DNA of 64,000 nt from Octopus vulgaris (GCA_951406725.2 OX597820.1:2294001-2358000), one strand, 5' to 3'; numbered from the stretch's first letter, positions 1 through 17,196 are shown. Notes: a model not told the origin generated them from the sequence alone. Numbers and translations: made by a program.

Positions 1-533
1 GAGGCTGTATTTCCGGAGATAAATGAGTGACCACAGGTTCTGGCTGTTTAGTCAGACTTAAAATGGCGACGGTATGCTAAAGGTCGTTTAATCAGAGAGA
101 AGATGTTGGGTGTGAGGAGCTGCAACTCTCTGCTAAGAGAGAATGTGATGTCTATGAACATAGGGTGTCAGAGAAAGAATAGTGACTTCAGGCTTAGGCT
201 GTATGACCAGAGTGAACTAGGTGATGGCTGGTCAAGGAGGACATAAGCCTCAAAGTAAAATAATGAGCGCGAACTCATTGCAACGGAAAATACGGATAAT
301 AGGGCCCCTAGAAGAGATCCTCATATATAGCCAAAGGAAATAACCCATTCATTTTCCTAAATTATTTGGTAAAATGAAATTGAGTATGCTTATGTCTTAA
401 TATTTGAACTGTTAGAGTTATTTTCGCGATTTATCCAATACAACCCTTAAACAAGTAAATAGTATTTTCCTAAACAATATTTCGGTCAGTGACTTATTCA
501 CGAATATACCAACACTAGCACCGCTGAGGGCAA

Positions 534-900
534 TATTCTCTGGGAATGCACAAAAGCCCTTTTCAGAGTTATTTACTTTGAATTGTTATTATCTCATATT
601 TGATTAGCCTGTTATTACGTAACATGCTTCACAATTTTAGTATACATACCTTATTAGTATTTCCTCCTATGTTCTATATACCCTGGGAACGCATTAAAAC
701 CCTTTTCGGGGCTACTTTATTTGAATTCTTACTATAGGGTAATTAATTTCATATTATTACATAACTGACTTCACAATTTGGATATTCATAGCTTATTGGG
801 AATTCCTAAAGACAAGATCCTGTGTAAGACAGTTTGGTATTCTCTGTAAGTGCACAAAAACCGTTTTAAGGGCTACATACTTTGTATTGTTGTTATTGGA
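534..900. repeat. Old diverged tandem repeat, ~145-160 bp unit, ~2.4 copies
   Basis: Motif series ATTCTCTGGGAATGCACAAAAGCCCTTTTC..TACTTTGAATTGTT recurs at ~534, ~679 and ~838; TTATTAC..CTTCACAATTT..CTTATT..TTCCT recurs in the first two units. Confidence 0.65.
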
Positions 901-977
901 TTAGTGAAACGATTATGAGAACGGAACCAAGGGATAAGCCCCGCTTTCCTGGGAATTACCGGGCACGTTATATGTAT

Positions 978-1069
<92 letters not shown>

Positions 1070-1304
1070 AGACATATTGATATTGTCTAACACTTTGTTA
1101 ATGGCTCTGTTAATCCGGTTCGAAATTTATATACAAAGTTGTTTTTATGTTCGTACAACACAAACAGCAGATGTCTGAAGTAACTGATGAGCTACTGCTA
1201 CGGCTACTACTGCTGCTACTGTATCAGTGCTGTTTACATGGATATCGAGTTTGTAAGACAAAGATAACATAAATTTATTGTTATTCTTACAAAGGATTGT
1301 TGTC

Positions 1305-1862
1305 GCATGGCTGCGTGGTAAAGACGATCGCTTTGCAACGACATGGTTCCGGGTTCAGGCCCAATACGTAGAACCTTGGGCAAGTGATATTTTTACTATA
1401 CCCCCCCCCACTCCGGGTCAGCCAAGGCCTTGTGAGTGAATTCGATAGATGGAAATTCTGCGGCAGCCCGTCGTATATACATGTGTGCATAGGTGCAGGA
1501 ATGGCTGCGTGGTAAGAAGCTTGCTTCCCAACCACATGGTTCTGGGTTCAGTCCCACTGCATGGCACCTTAGGCAAGTGTCTTCTGTAGCCTCGAGTCGA
1601 CTAAAGCCATGTGAGTGGATTTGGTAAACGGAAACTGAAAGAAGCTCGTCGTGTGTGGATGTCAGAGAGAGAGAGAGTTTGTGCGTCTATGTTTGTCACC
1701 CAACATCGCTTGACGACCGATGTCGGTGTGTTTATGTCCGCATAACTTAGCGGTTCGGCAAAGCACATCAATAGAATAAGTACTAGGCTTACAAAGAATA
1801 AGTCCTGAGGTCGATTTGTTCGACTAAAGGCGGTGCTCCAGCATGGCCGCAGTCAAATGACT
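1305..1862 (+). mobile_element. tRNA-derived SINE family A: head-only copy (1305-1475) followed by a full copy (1495-1862)
   Basis: TGGCTGCGTGGTAAG (A-box-like), GGGTTCAGTCCC (B-box-like), CCTT(A/G)GGCAAGTG CORE-like motif, 3' body ..CCAGCATGGCCGCAGTCAAATGAC; many near-identical copies in the window. Confidence 0.85.
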
Positions 1863-2269
1863 CCCCTCCCCTTTCCTACCACGTGATCGGTGTCTGGTTC
1901 AGGCATTGTCGTCCATTTTCGGCCGGCCGCCTTTGCGGTCGGTCGCGTCTGTTCTGTCCTACCGCTCGGTCTGCTAAGATTTTTCCATTTCCATTCCCCT
2001 CGCGCTAGCTTACTACACTCGTCTGGTAGTCGAAAGACCCTGTTTGCTTTGTTTTATTTTGGTTGTAATTGTATAATTATTTTCATTCTGTTGTATAGCC
2101 GAAAGGCGTTTGTCCATTGTATATGTATAATTCTATTTCATATGTTATATTCATCCGATAGTCAAAAGAACCTTTCCGTTGTTATTTGTTTTTGTAAATG
2201 TACATTCATTTGCCTTGCCCAGAGGCTTAATATTCTTAGCTTAAGTCCCTGGCCCGGCCGGTTTCGGGT

Positions 2270-3490
2270 AGTATCGGAGATAAGTGGGCGAAACTACATG
2301 GGGGGAGGGGCACCAAAACATACGTCACACGGGGAAAAATAGGTCACTGTAAAGCTGAGATTCCTTACGGATGATACAGATAGTAAGAACTCCATAGCAA
2401 CTCTAAACTGTGACGAACTGGTTCTCAAACTAGTCTACCTTGGCGATAGGTGTGTTTATATAAAGATAGCCGAAGTACTATTAGAAATAAACACTTCTGG
2501 TTAGTGGTAGTTGTCCTCTTCGGCATGGAAGTCGAAGTTAATATTCTGCAGGTTCAGAAACGTCAGAAACAAAACTGATAGGACCAAGGGAACTATTGAT
2601 CTAAACGGATCACCAACGCATGGAATCCTTCCCAGACTTGATCAATCAACCAGACGTCACAAAACTATTCGGTTTATAACTCTGCAAAGCGCAAATTTCA
2701 AAATTTTGACCAATGTGTTAGCAAAGAGGTTGGCGCTTGTCATCGATTGGTGATGCGCAAACAAGCACTATCCCGAACACAGACACATTTATCCACGATA
2801 ACCGCCACCTCATGCGGTACACCAAAGAAAGAGTGGGTAAAGAACTTGACATAGGTGGGTCCCTGATTAATTTAGATCAATCAAAATCTTTCGATAGGTA
2901 TCGACTACAGTTACTTGCAGGCTATTCTCATGGCGGCCGGTCTTCCAATCTTCCGTAGTTCGATTGCCATAATGTACTGTGGAATCTGTTCGGTGGTCAG
3001 GATTAATGGTTACCTATCGGTCGGTGAAGATCGAACTTCATTTTTGTTTAGACTGACTCTATAGCCAGATCTAGGAAAACAAGAGATGTGGTAGAGTATC
3101 CCGCACAAGCTAGGACGTGGAAGAAATGTATCGGCAGACATCACTGTCATAGTGATAGACACAAGGTACATAGGGGTGATCAGTGCTACTCTAAGCAACT
3201 GCTTGGTAGTGACAGGAGCAAAAATCCTTTAAGCCAGTGCATCGGTATCTCGGTACCAAATGAAACACGTGCATGTCGTCCAAGAGAGCGTCATGGAACG
3301 CAGGACAGACGGACCCTTTTAATTGCTCGGCGTCTGCTCTGGTTCAAATCCCCAAGGTGAAAAGAAATGGGATGAAGTAAAGAGCAGGAGGGTGGGGTCA
3401 GTCTGTCGCAGAAATAGGCCGAGGGAAAGCTATTTCTGAAAAGTTGGGCAGAAATGGTGAATGATTATATCGCCTCCGGTCACGTGTCAC
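2270..3490 (+). mobile_element. Degenerate L1/Tx1-like non-LTR retrotransposon (possible ORF1 remnant plus RT fragments)
   Basis: Frameshifted RT motifs: ITLQSANFKILTNVLAKRLALV, IHDNRHLMRY, SLINLDQSKSFDR (cf. INLDQSKAFDR), SADITVIV (YADD region), VTGAKI. Confidence 0.8.
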
Positions 3491-4199
3491 CGGATCGATT
3501 GCTCTTCTACTTTTTACAATTAAAAAAACAATCAAATTTCTTCATCATAAACGTAAACCCTATCACAAATTTTAAACCACAATCCTACCTCTAAACCTAA
3601 ATCTAATTCTCTCCCTAAACCCTAAACCGTAACTCCAGCCCTAAACCTAATCTCATGTTTCCTCGACATTATTTTTAATCTATTAATGCATATTTTTTGC
3701 ATTATTAAAAAAGGAAGCAGACGACTTATTGTCCGGTTGCCTGCTTCCCTTTTTCTTTTTATATTTCGAAGTTTCAAGGATTCCCAGATATTCGTCATCA
3801 TCATTATCACCAGCAGTAGCAGCAGCAACAGCAGCAGCAGCAGCAGCAGCATCATCGTTGTCATCATCATCATCATCACCATCTTCTTCTTCTTCTTCTT
3901 CTTCTTCTTCTTCTTCTTCTTCTTCTTCTTCTTCTTCTTCTTTGTGTGTGTGTGTGTGTGTGCGTGCGTGCGTGTTTATTTGGTATCACATTTTGCGAGG
4001 AATAGCCTCGTAAGTCACATGTTTACAATGAACCAATCACGGATTCACGTCATCTCGGTGACGCGAGTAACAAGGGATTGTTTTTGCCATTTGGATGGAA
4101 CAAATATAACAATATTTTTTTTAAATCTTTATTTCACTGAATTTCTCGCTGAAATATTTGGCCGATAAATCCAATTAACCATAGCAACACACAAAGTCG

Positions 4200-4530
4200 C
4201 GGGCATGCCCGCGTGGTTAAAAACTTATTTTCCGGTCACATGCTTTTGGGTTCGGTTCCACTGCGCGACACCTTGGGCAAGTGTCTCTTACTATAGCGTC
4301 TGGGAGGTGCGTGTGTGGATGTGTCTTTGTGTTTGTCCCCTCTCGTCACCGTTTCATAACCGGTGTTGGTTTATTTACGTCCCCGTAGCTTAGGGTTTTG
4401 GCAATAGCGATCCGATAGAATAAGGAACAAACTTTAAAAAAAGTATCGGGATCAATTTGTTCGAAGGTGGTGCCCCAGCATGGCCGTAGTCCAATGACTG
4501 GAATAAGGAAAAAAATGAAATGTAAAAGAC
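4200..4530 (+). mobile_element. SINE family A, diverged copy
   Basis: CCTTGGGCAAGTGTCT and GGTGGTGCCCCAGCATGGCCGTAGTC match the family. Confidence 0.75.
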
Positions 4531-5149
4531 AAAAGTATTCTCCCTCGTTTTACACGACCCCGGTTTACACGCTGACTTGTGACAACAATCTTTCGCGTAG
4601 TTCGAAGGTCAACTCTGTGTGTGTGTGTGTGTGTGTGTCGGAGAAGTTATTGGTCTACTGGAGGCAACGGTTGAAGTCCCTTGCTCAAAGCAGCATCACG
4701 TAGTCCGATCGAACCCGAGACCTCGCTGATGCGAAGCCAACGTCTTCAACACACAGCCATGCCTACAAACCATCAACCAAACCTGCATCCATCCAGTTCC
4801 GCTGCAACATCCTGACAGGGTCGGGGTGGGGACGTGCATACACACACTCTGCCTCTCTTTTCCCCTCCGCCAAACCTTCAAAATTCTTGTTCCCAAAACT
4901 TCAACCAACCTAAATACCGATCATTCTTGAAATATTGTAATTTTCAATAGAATATCCCCGTCGTTCCTCTCTCCCTCTTCTCATCCAACTGCAAACGTCT
5001 TTGATCCTTTGTTCTGCTGGTTCTAATAATACTCAATCCACCGAGACGGATAATGTATTGTCTCCGATCTTATCGAGTTGTTGGGTCTCCACGAACGACT
5101 ACGGACTCATAAAGCGTGTGTATGCGTGCATGTGTGTGGAGGGGTGTAG

Positions 5150-5364
5150 GTATGACTGCGGCCATGCTGGAGCACTGCCTTGAAGAATTTTTAGTCGAAT
5201 GAAACGACCTCAGTGCCTCTCTTTTTAAGTTTGGTACTTATTGTATCGGTCTCTTTTGCCGAACTGCTATTTTACGTTGGCATGATCACGCCAGCACCAG
5301 TTGTCAAGTGATGGTGGGGGACAAACAGAAGATAGATAGATAGATGGATGGATGGATAGGTAGG

Positions 5365-5423
<59 letters not shown>

Positions 5424-6240
5424 GTACATACATACATACATACCTACACACATACATACATACACACATACATACATACATACATACATACATACATACA
5501 TACATACATACACACATACATACATACATACATACATACATACATACACACATACATACATACATACATACATACATACACATACATACATACATACATA
5601 CATACATACATACATACATACATACATACACACATACATACATACATACATACATACATTGGCATGATCACGCCAGCACCAGTTCATACATACATACATG
5701 TACATACATACATACATACATACAGACATACATACATACATACATACATACATACATACATACATACATACATACATACATACATACACACATACATACA
5801 TACATACATACATACATACATACATACATACATACATACATACATACATACACACATACATACATACATACATACATACATACACACATACATACATACA
5901 TACATACATACATACATACATACATACATACATACATACATACATACAAGGGGTTTATGACATGTTTTGAGCCTTCAAGGCCCTTCAGCCTTGAAGTCTT
6001 GTACCATGTTTTGTTTTTTTGAGGCTCAAGACTTTTTATACATCTCTCGCACATACATACATACATACATACATACATACATACATACATACGACGGGCT
6101 TCTTTCAGTTTCCGTCTACCAAATCCACTCACAAGGCTTTGGTCGGCTCGAGGCTATAGTAGAAGACACTTGCCCAAGGTGCCACGCAGTGGAACTGAAC
6201 CCGGAACCATGTGGTTGGTAAGCAAGCTTCTTACCACAAA
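5150..6240 (-). mobile_element. SINE family A copy whose internal microsatellite has expanded to ~750 bp of (TAGA)n/(CATA)n
   Basis: 3' body at 5150-5330 and head at 6090-6240 on the same strand, bridged by tetranucleotide arrays. Confidence 0.8.
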
Positions 6241-6669
6241 GCGTGTGTGTGTAATATATATGTATAATGTCGCTGAATCTATACACACATATACAGAATG
6301 CTTGAAAGGAGGAGCAGATGGACAGCCGACAACTGATGAACGGTCCTCTCTCTTTATTTACTTGTCCTGTTTTCCATTTTTCTCCTATTGTTTATGTATT
6401 TCATGTTGTTTGTACCGTTGGTGATGTCCTATACCCACATATGCATGTATATATATATATATATATAGTATATATTATTTAATATATATATATATATATA
6501 TATATTTATATTATTTACTATTTATATATATGTACATTATTTACTATTTATATATATATATATATACATATCAGATATGCTGGTATAGCCTTTCTCTAAG
6601 GTCTGCGAGAATTAGGAATTAGGTTAGAAAGCAGCACTGATAATGTAACATGATTCTACAGTACAGTCA

Positions 6670-7030
6670 CTTCTTCTTCGTCTTCTTCTTCTTCTTCTTC
6701 TTTTCATTCTTCTTCTTCTCCTTCTTCTTCTCCTTCTTCTTCTTCTTCTTCTCATCCTTCTTCTTCTCCTTCTTCTTCTCATTCTTCTTCTCCTTCTTCT
6801 TCTCCTTCTTCGTCTCCTTCTTCTTCTCCTTCTTCTTCTCCTTCTTCTTCTCCCTTCTTCTTCTCCTTCTTCGTCTTCTTCTCCTTCTCTCTTCTTCTCC
6901 TCCTCCTCCTCCTTCTTCTTCTTCTTCTTCTTCTCCTCCTCCTTCTTCTTCTTCTTCTTCTTCTTCTTCTTCTTCTTCTTCTTCTTCTTCTTCTTCTTCT
7001 TCTTCTTCTTCTTCTCCTTCTTCTTCTACC
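6670..7030. repeat. (TTC/CTC)n polypyrimidine trinucleotide array
   Basis: Directly visible. Confidence 0.95.
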
Positions 7031-7458
7031 TCCCCATATTACTTTATTTACAACCCAAGGGGAATCGACTCATTTAACAGATAAACGTCGTTTGTTCGAC
7101 GCACACACAGTTGCCGAACAGATGACAAGACAGAAACCACAGATTTACTGACCAACCGGAATTCTTGCCTCCTCCTTTCCATTAATCTTTCAAATCCTGA
7201 TAATTACTAATAATTCCTTCCATTAATCAATCAGGCAATCACTGAATCTTTCAATCAATCACTCTGTCTCAAAATTATCGAACTTTCGACATTTTCAATA
7301 TTTTTCTTTCAGTTGTTTAATAGCTTTTCTTTCTTTTTTTATTGTTTATTCCTTTCTTCTTTCTTACTTTCTTTTTTCTCTTTTTTCTTTTTTCCTTCCT
7401 CTACACTTTCTTTTTTTCTTCGTTTCTTCTTTATATATTTCTTTTTTCCTTTTTAAAT

Positions 7459-10065
<2,607 letters not shown>

Positions 10066-10753
10066 CTGATGACATGCTACGGTATAGTTTCTGTCCACTA
10101 AATCCCATTAGCGAGTGTGGTGAGGGCAGAAGAGAGGAGGAGGAGGAGGACAGGAATTCCTGAGTGGCGGTGGGGAGAGCCGAGCCAGAAGTGCGAGGAG
10201 CAGAAGTCATTATAGTCACAGCAGAAAAAAGAGAGAGGGGGGACAGTGCCCCGGGAGGCTGGAAACTGCAGCATTTCTGAGAGTGACTTTATGTCGGTCA
10301 GTCTAGTTGCCCCTTAAGTGGATGTAGTCTAGGGTTTCTGTGAGTGCAGCAAAAACACCATTGCAGATATGAGAGCAATGCTGTCTTGTGTGCAAAACCT
10401 GAGTTTTATAGAGGCTTAGTTATTGTTCTGGTTCCTCCAGCGTTGCGGCAACGGGTTTTTGTTGCCCGAAATGGCAGGGTGAGTTGTTGGGAGGTGGTGC
10501 TAACTACGTAAAGAATGTGCTCTTGCCAGGAGAGTATAGGCTCTGAAGCAGGTAGTGCAGTGGGGGCAGGAGTAGGGGTGTGAGTGCAACCCCCTAACCT
10601 TTTTTGGTGGGGCTTGAGCAATGAAAACGCTTTGAGCATCACCCACCTGAAAAGCTTCATCTCCGAAACGAACGAGCGTCGAAACATTTTTGGCGACTGA
10701 TCTCAAACATTCACTTTTTCATAATTAGATTTATTGGATTTAATTCATGTCCC

Positions 10754-10865
<112 letters not shown>

Positions 10866-11661
10866 GCTGAGAAAAATCCCAGCAATGGTTGAGAAGCTCA
10901 GGACTCAAAGCAGAAACAGGGATTTTTAATTGCAGCACAAGACCAAAGCCTCCCCACCAGAAATTACCAAAAACATGTAATGAAAAGAAATATTACAAGT
11001 AACTGCAGAATATGTGGAGATGGACAAGAAACAATAAATCATATTACCTCTAGCTGCCCAATCCTAGCTAAGAAGGAATATATTCACAGACATGACAGAG
11101 TTGGAACCTACATACATTTGGAAGCTATGCCAACATTATGGAATAACAACAGAAAAAAGATGGTATAGGCACACACCAGAAAAGGTCACAGAAAACGAGA
11201 AAGCAACCATACTCTGGGATATGCCGATACACACAGATAGAGAAATTAAGGCCAACAGACCAGATATAGTTGTCAGAGATCATGAAGAAAAAAAATGCTT
11301 TCTAATTGATGTATCAATACCGGCAGATGACAACGTGTCTCTAAAAGAAATGGAGAAACTCTCAAAATACAAAGACCTGGAAATAGAGGTAACTAGAATG
11401 TGGAATCTGAAAACAGAAACAATTCCTATCATAGTAGGTGCATTAGGCATGATAAAAAAATATTCAGACAAATACATAACAAAAACACCAGGACTTACAA
11501 ACACATATAACATACAGAAAATTGCACTACTAGGCACTGCAGACATCCTACGCAGAACACTTTCCATACAATAACCATCAGAGCATCACAGCACATACCC
11601 AAGGCACACAGAGCTGCGCTCGGTAGTGAAGTGAAAGCACGCTATAAAAATAAAACTACTG
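10866..11661 (+). mobile_element. 5'-truncated RLE-type non-LTR retrotransposon (R4/Dong-like) inserted in AAT/ATT microsatellite; frameshifted
   Basis: AAQDQSLPTRNY, CCHC knuckle CRIC..ETINHITSSC, RHD, RPDIVV..LIDVSIP, EKLSKYKDL, IVGALG; short 3' UTR; trinucleotide arrays on both sides (10754-10865, 11662-11800). Confidence 0.92.
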
Positions 11662-11689
11662 AATAATAATAATAATAATAATAATAACA

Positions 11690-11801
<112 letters not shown>

Positions 11802-11814
11802 CAGCAACACTTAC

Positions 11815-11995
11815 TGGCCGAATCGCTAGCATGCCGGACAAAATGCTTCGCGGCATTCCGTCTGTCTTAACATTCTGAGTTCAAAATCCGCCGAGGTCGA
11901 CTTTGCCTGTCATCCTTTCGAGGTCGATAAATCAAGTACCAGTTACGCACTGGGGTCGTTGTATTCAGACCTTGTGTCTATAATAGAAAGGATTA
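11815..11995 (+). mobile_element. tRNA-derived SINE family B
   Basis: GAGTTCAAAATCC B-box, GAGGTCGACTTTGCCTGTCATCCTTTCGAGGTCGATAAA..AAGTACCAG; repeated in the window. Confidence 0.8.
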
Positions 11996-12922
11996 TGCAT
12001 GTGTTTGTTTTGATAAGATTGAAAAAAATCGACCTTTTTTGTAAAACATTTTAGACCCGGGTTTTCAGCCTCTAAGCAAATTCCGTTCCTACATTTATGC
12101 AGGAGAGATGATATTCGGTGATAGTGAGACTCAACAATTAAGGGTTCTGGATGCTGGTCATGATTAATGGAGGTGCCGTGCGATGAGGTCTTCTTGATAT
12201 GAACAACGTTTCATCTTTCGTCGTTGAAAGAGACAAGATTGACGTCTTCCCATTGTTTGACTTTTTTTAAGGTCTTTTTCATGGAGTCAGTTTGGTGAGT
12301 TGCGTCTCCGTTGCAAATACATTTTGCATGGCTGGGGACGGTTTGGAAAGAATGAAGGATAGCATTGTCCTGCCCGAGCAGCAGAGAAGAGTTTCTATTG
12401 TTGGATACGACGGCAAATGAATGTATCGAAAGAAGAGTGTGCGCGACTAAAACTTTGGGACACATCAGAACTGATTGATTGAGGGACCGAAGGAGCTCTG
12501 TCAACATATGCAACGATGGTGCGGTGTGAGCTGGGGCTAATGATCCAAGCGATGAAAGACTGGGCGAGACTAAAAGCAGGATGTTTTCACAGAATACCCA
12601 CTTACCAAACTGGCCAGGCAAAAGCTTTACTGATGTCGAGGGCGACAACGCTGCTTTTACCGAATTCTTCCAATGCAAAATACCACATGTGGGTGCATTG
12701 GGATGATGGATGTCGGACGAAGAGAGGAGGGCACCAGCGGACCTGGCTTTACGGAAACACTACTGGTGGTCGAATAAAATTCTACTCACAAGGTCTTACT
12801 GAAGCTGGGAGTCAAGGTAGAAAATGTTTGCTCGAACTGCCGCGTAGTGGGACTGAACTTGAGACGATGTATTTGAGAAGTAAACATTTTAACCATGTCC
12901 AACAACAAAGCCATGAGCCGGG

Positions 12923-12959
<37 letters not shown>

Positions 12960-12972
12960 GGTAGATATATAT

Positions 12973-13417
12973 ACTTAGATAAACTTAGATAAACTTAGAT
13001 ATGTTTCGACTAAAGATTGGTCCAGGCCATGTCTAACTTAATAGCACCACCTGATAGGATTATTCGAATCCTGTTTAAGTCAAGTTTTGTTTAAGTAGTG
13101 AGTTCTTGTTGGGTGAGTTGTATCCAATTATGGGTGGCTTATCTGGTATTCTTTGAAGGAATCTATCCAGACTCCGTTTAAAGTTGATGGGATCCTTTTT
13201 CCCGTTGATCTCCCTCGGGACAATGTTAAATAGGGCAGGGCCTGTTGAGGAAAAGAAATTATGTTGCAGTGTACATGTATGTTGTGATCTTGAATTGGGC
13301 AGGGGACGTATGGCCCGTGGTCCAAGTCTTGGATGAACCTTGAAGCTTATGGTTAGGTCGTTTGGGCAAAGTTGGCGGTATATTCTCCACATCGTACAAA
13401 TGATGTACCGCTCACGG
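12973..13417 (-). mobile_element. CR1-clade LINE 3' end
   Basis: RERYIICTMWRIY..CPND..GPALFNIVPREI..FKRSLDRFLQRIPDKP..NSLL is a typical CR1 ORF2 C-terminus; 3' tail of 10-bp tandem repeats (ACTTAGATAA on +). Confidence 0.85.
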
Positions 13418-13439
13418 TATATATATATATATAGGTAGG

Positions 13440-13531
<92 letters not shown>

Positions 13532-14815
13532 CAGATAGATAGATAGATAGATAGATAGAGAGAGAGTACATATATACGTATATATACATATACATATGCA
13601 TATATGTGTTTGTGTATACGTATATACTTATACATATCTATATACATATACATATATACATACATATGTATGTGTAAGTATTTATGTATGTATGTATGTA
13701 TGTATGTATGTATGTATGTATGTATGCATGTGCGTATGGAGAGAGGGGTAGGGACTGTGTTTATGTTTGCACAAGCCCTTTAAGCCACAAATATTGTTCA
13801 TATAATTTTCCGTTGATGTTTCGTAAGTTTTCAGTTCAACATACAGAAATCGATAAAATAAAAATAGAAATACGGTAAGGAGCGGAATCGATATCATCTG
13901 CTGAACCCTTGAAAGCTGCGTCTCAACTTGGCCGCGGCCCAATGACTGGAACTCGTTAAAAAAGAAAAAGAAAAACAGAATACCTGCAACAGGTTCTACT
14001 TACATATTTATACTTTCACATGAAACGTGGATGAGTCATCTGGTGTGACTCGGCCGATTGCCTGTAATTTCATTACTAAGTCTGTGCAAAAGCAAAGATC
14101 GAAGCTCTTGGGTATATCTACGGAAGATCTTCTCAGATTAGCTGATAGAGATAATTGGGAATACGAAAATAAGGCTAATGAACAGTGTAAAGCCATCGAG
14201 ATTGGAGGTTTTAAAAAAGGAGAGCAGTGCGAGAAAGAGAACGGGAGAGATGGAGGAAGAGAGAAGCAATTTCACGAGAGATGGAATTGTGATACGAACG
14301 AGCAAAACAAAAAACAAAGAGCAACTTAATTCTGTGTCAAAACAATGAGTCACAGCAGGGATGAGATAAAGTGGAGTGCTAGGTGCATCGAATGGGTTTA
14401 GATGGGTACACAAGGTAGGGAAAGTTCAGCGGAATAGGGATCGCCCTTATAAGGGGTGGAATGAACAGAAGCAGGACAAGGCAGGAAATGGGCCGAAGTC
14501 TAATGTATCTGATTAAATAGTTCGCAGGCAATTTTATCGATTATAGATTTTACGTTATCGGTCATAGTTTAGAAACCTCTCACTATCAAGGGCCTAGCCC
14601 TCCTTAAACCCCTCTCTTTTTCGCTCAGTTTCTCTCCCTTTCTTTCCCTCATTTATTGTCTCACACTTTCTCTCCTTCTCTCTTTCTGTCTTTCTCTCCT
14701 TCCATTTCTCATTCTCTTTCTCTCTGTTCTTTTGTGTACCATTTTGCCTTCCTGTAATTCTTCCATTCTTTGCACGAGTAATGTATCTAATAATATGTCA
14801 ACCTATTTATCTATC

Positions 14816-14870
<55 letters not shown>

Positions 14871-14876
14871 ACTCTG

Positions 14877-14914
<38 letters not shown>

Positions 14915-15394
14915 AATCTATCTATCTATCTATCTATCTAACTCTGTCTATCTATCTATCTATCTATTTCTCCCTCTCTCTTCATATATATACACACACG
15001 CACGCACGCACACAGATACACATACACATACATTCACAAACACACGTACACACACACAACACAACGGAGAAACATTTATCCGAAAATAAAACCGTACAAC
15101 AAAGCAATGATTTAACGCGAACCTAATGGTCTGACCTACTAGAAATAGCAATTAAACACCTCCCTCATATCACACCGAACCATTGTTTTTTTTTTTAAGG
15201 AAAGGCTACTTCGCTTAATGTATTCCTAGTTGTGTTATATCTGAGTAAGCACATAAATGCTAAGCAAGGTGGAAAAATTAGTACTCGAATACGGAAGGTA
15301 GAGTAATATGCTTTTTTATTAAAGCTGCAAAAACATCAGAAAAACTGTGACACAGAGTTTCACGTTCCCGTTTGCCGGGCGGTTGTGATCAAGG

Positions 15395-15431
<37 letters not shown>

Positions 15432-15687
15432 TGTATGTATGTATGTATGTATGTATGTATGCATGTATTTATATATATATATATATATATATACAAAATA
15501 AGCAACAAGAATGACTCCGGTAATTTGGTACGATCGTTTCGTAGTACATCATTTTATTAAATGTTGTAAGTTTTAAAATGCTGAGCACTCATCAGCCAAT
15601 TATAGAGGTTTTCCATTAATACAAAAATTTTCATATCAAGTGGCAACATTATAGAGAAGGTAGATACATAGACATATATATATGTAT

Positions 15688-16045
15688 AGGCGTGGCTGTG
15701 TGGTAAGAAACTTGCTTCCAAACCACATGGTTCCGAGCTCAGTCCCACTGCATGGCACCTTGAGCAAGTGTCTATTATAGCCTCGAGCCGACCAAGGCCT
15801 TGTGAATGCATTAGGTAGACGGTAATTGAAAGAAACCCGTCGTATATGTATCATTGTGTCTGTGTTTGTCCCACAATGCCGCTTGGCAACCAGTGCATCC
15901 CCGTAACTTAGCGGTTCGGCAAAAAAGGCAGATAAGATGAGCATCAGGCTTTAAAAATATAAGTCCTGTGCTCGATTCATTCGACTAAAATTTCTTCAAG
16001 GCAGTGCTTCAGCATGGCTGCAGTCTAACGAATGAAACAAGCAAA
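15688..16045 (+). mobile_element. SINE family A
   Basis: Full head-to-tail match to other copies. Confidence 0.85.
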
Positions 16046-16429
16046 AGATAATATATATATACATGTATATACATATGGGTTGGTCACCGCTGGATCTATT
16101 TGCTTGACTGGAGCTGACCAAGGGGAAAATAACAACAATAACAACAACAGCGAAACACCGAACACTATTACAAATTTGCAAATCGATCAGCCCTTGGTGG
16201 ATCGATAATCTTCTCCAGATCCCACAACGTGGAAGATAACCGCTACTGCCTTAGCCAGCAGGAAATATCTATCCCTTCCATCAGAGGTGGCTATCTGCAT
16301 ACCACCGAAAACCCGGTATTACAATTTCTCTGCATGTATTACAGAACGAGTGTATGTGATATTTGTATTTGACTTTAAATATCTTCTCTTTTTATAAGAT
16401 CTGTTTTTTCATCTTTATTTTTATCCCCT

Positions 16430-16525
16430 CGTGGTCTACAACACAACGCATCGCCCGGTCCAGGAATCGTAACTACAATCTTACGATCATGAGTGCAACA
16501 CTCTAACCACTAAGCCACGTGCCTA
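16430..16525 (-). mobile_element. tRNA-like SINE head, further family (relatives at ~42630-42740 + and ~47693-47820 +)
   Basis: TGGCTTAGTGGTTAGAGTG A-box, CTCATGA loop, GTTACGATTCC B-box-like; no acceptor stem. Confidence 0.65.
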
Positions 16526-16814
16526 CACACACACACACACACACATACACACAACGAGAGTAGAAAAACAACCAACAACTGATGAAGGGTCGTTCTTTGT
16601 ATTGTTTGTCTTGTTTTCCATTTGTGTCTTTCGTTGTTCGAAAAAGTAGTTCATATTCCATGTACCCGTACTTCGTATTTTCTGTTGTACACGTTTCGTG
16701 ACGTCCTGTGCCCACATATGCATATATGCATACGTATTATACGTATGCATATATGCATATATATATTATTTATATATATATATATATATATACATACATA
16801 TATATATATATATA

Positions 16815-16851
<37 letters not shown>

Positions 16852-16909
16852 CACACACACATACACACGTTTGTATGCATGCGTGTATATGTATATATAT
16901 ATATATATA

Positions 16910-17138
16910 TAGTGAGAATTTACAAAAGAACAAAAGGCAAAGACGGGTGTGTAAACAACAAACAGATGTATTAGTTTAGCACTCGAGAAGTGAGAAAGTC
17001 TTTTGTTTCGAGCCTACGCACTTCGACAGAAAGGAACACAGAAATAAACAGGGAGAGAAAATAGAAAAGTTTTAGTGGCTAGCGATCTATCACGGCGAAT
17101 GCCGGACAGAGGTGTGACACAGGAGAGCTAGGAAGAAT

Positions 17139-17140
<2 letters not shown>
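16910..17140 (-). mobile_element. PLE pseudo-LTR fragment (family P1) with decayed minimal hammerhead (17000-17033)
   Basis: Homologous to the tail of the GIY-YIG element at 19290-20383; minus strand CTTT CTGTCGA AGTGC GTAG GCTC GAAAC. Confidence 0.75.

Positions 17141-17182
<42 letters not shown>

Positions 17183-17196
<14 letters not shown>

Noticed and set aside
1-320. Possible LINE 3' fragment on the minus strand (PLAYRR)
   Set aside because: A single short motif is insufficient support.
3555-3655. Telomeric array (also CCCTAA units at ~27263-27285)
   Set aside because: Short and degenerate; at most an interstitial telomere-like tract.
10130-10720. Possible PLE 5' ORF remnant
   Set aside because: Only vague resemblance, with many stops; left unclassified pending BLASTx.
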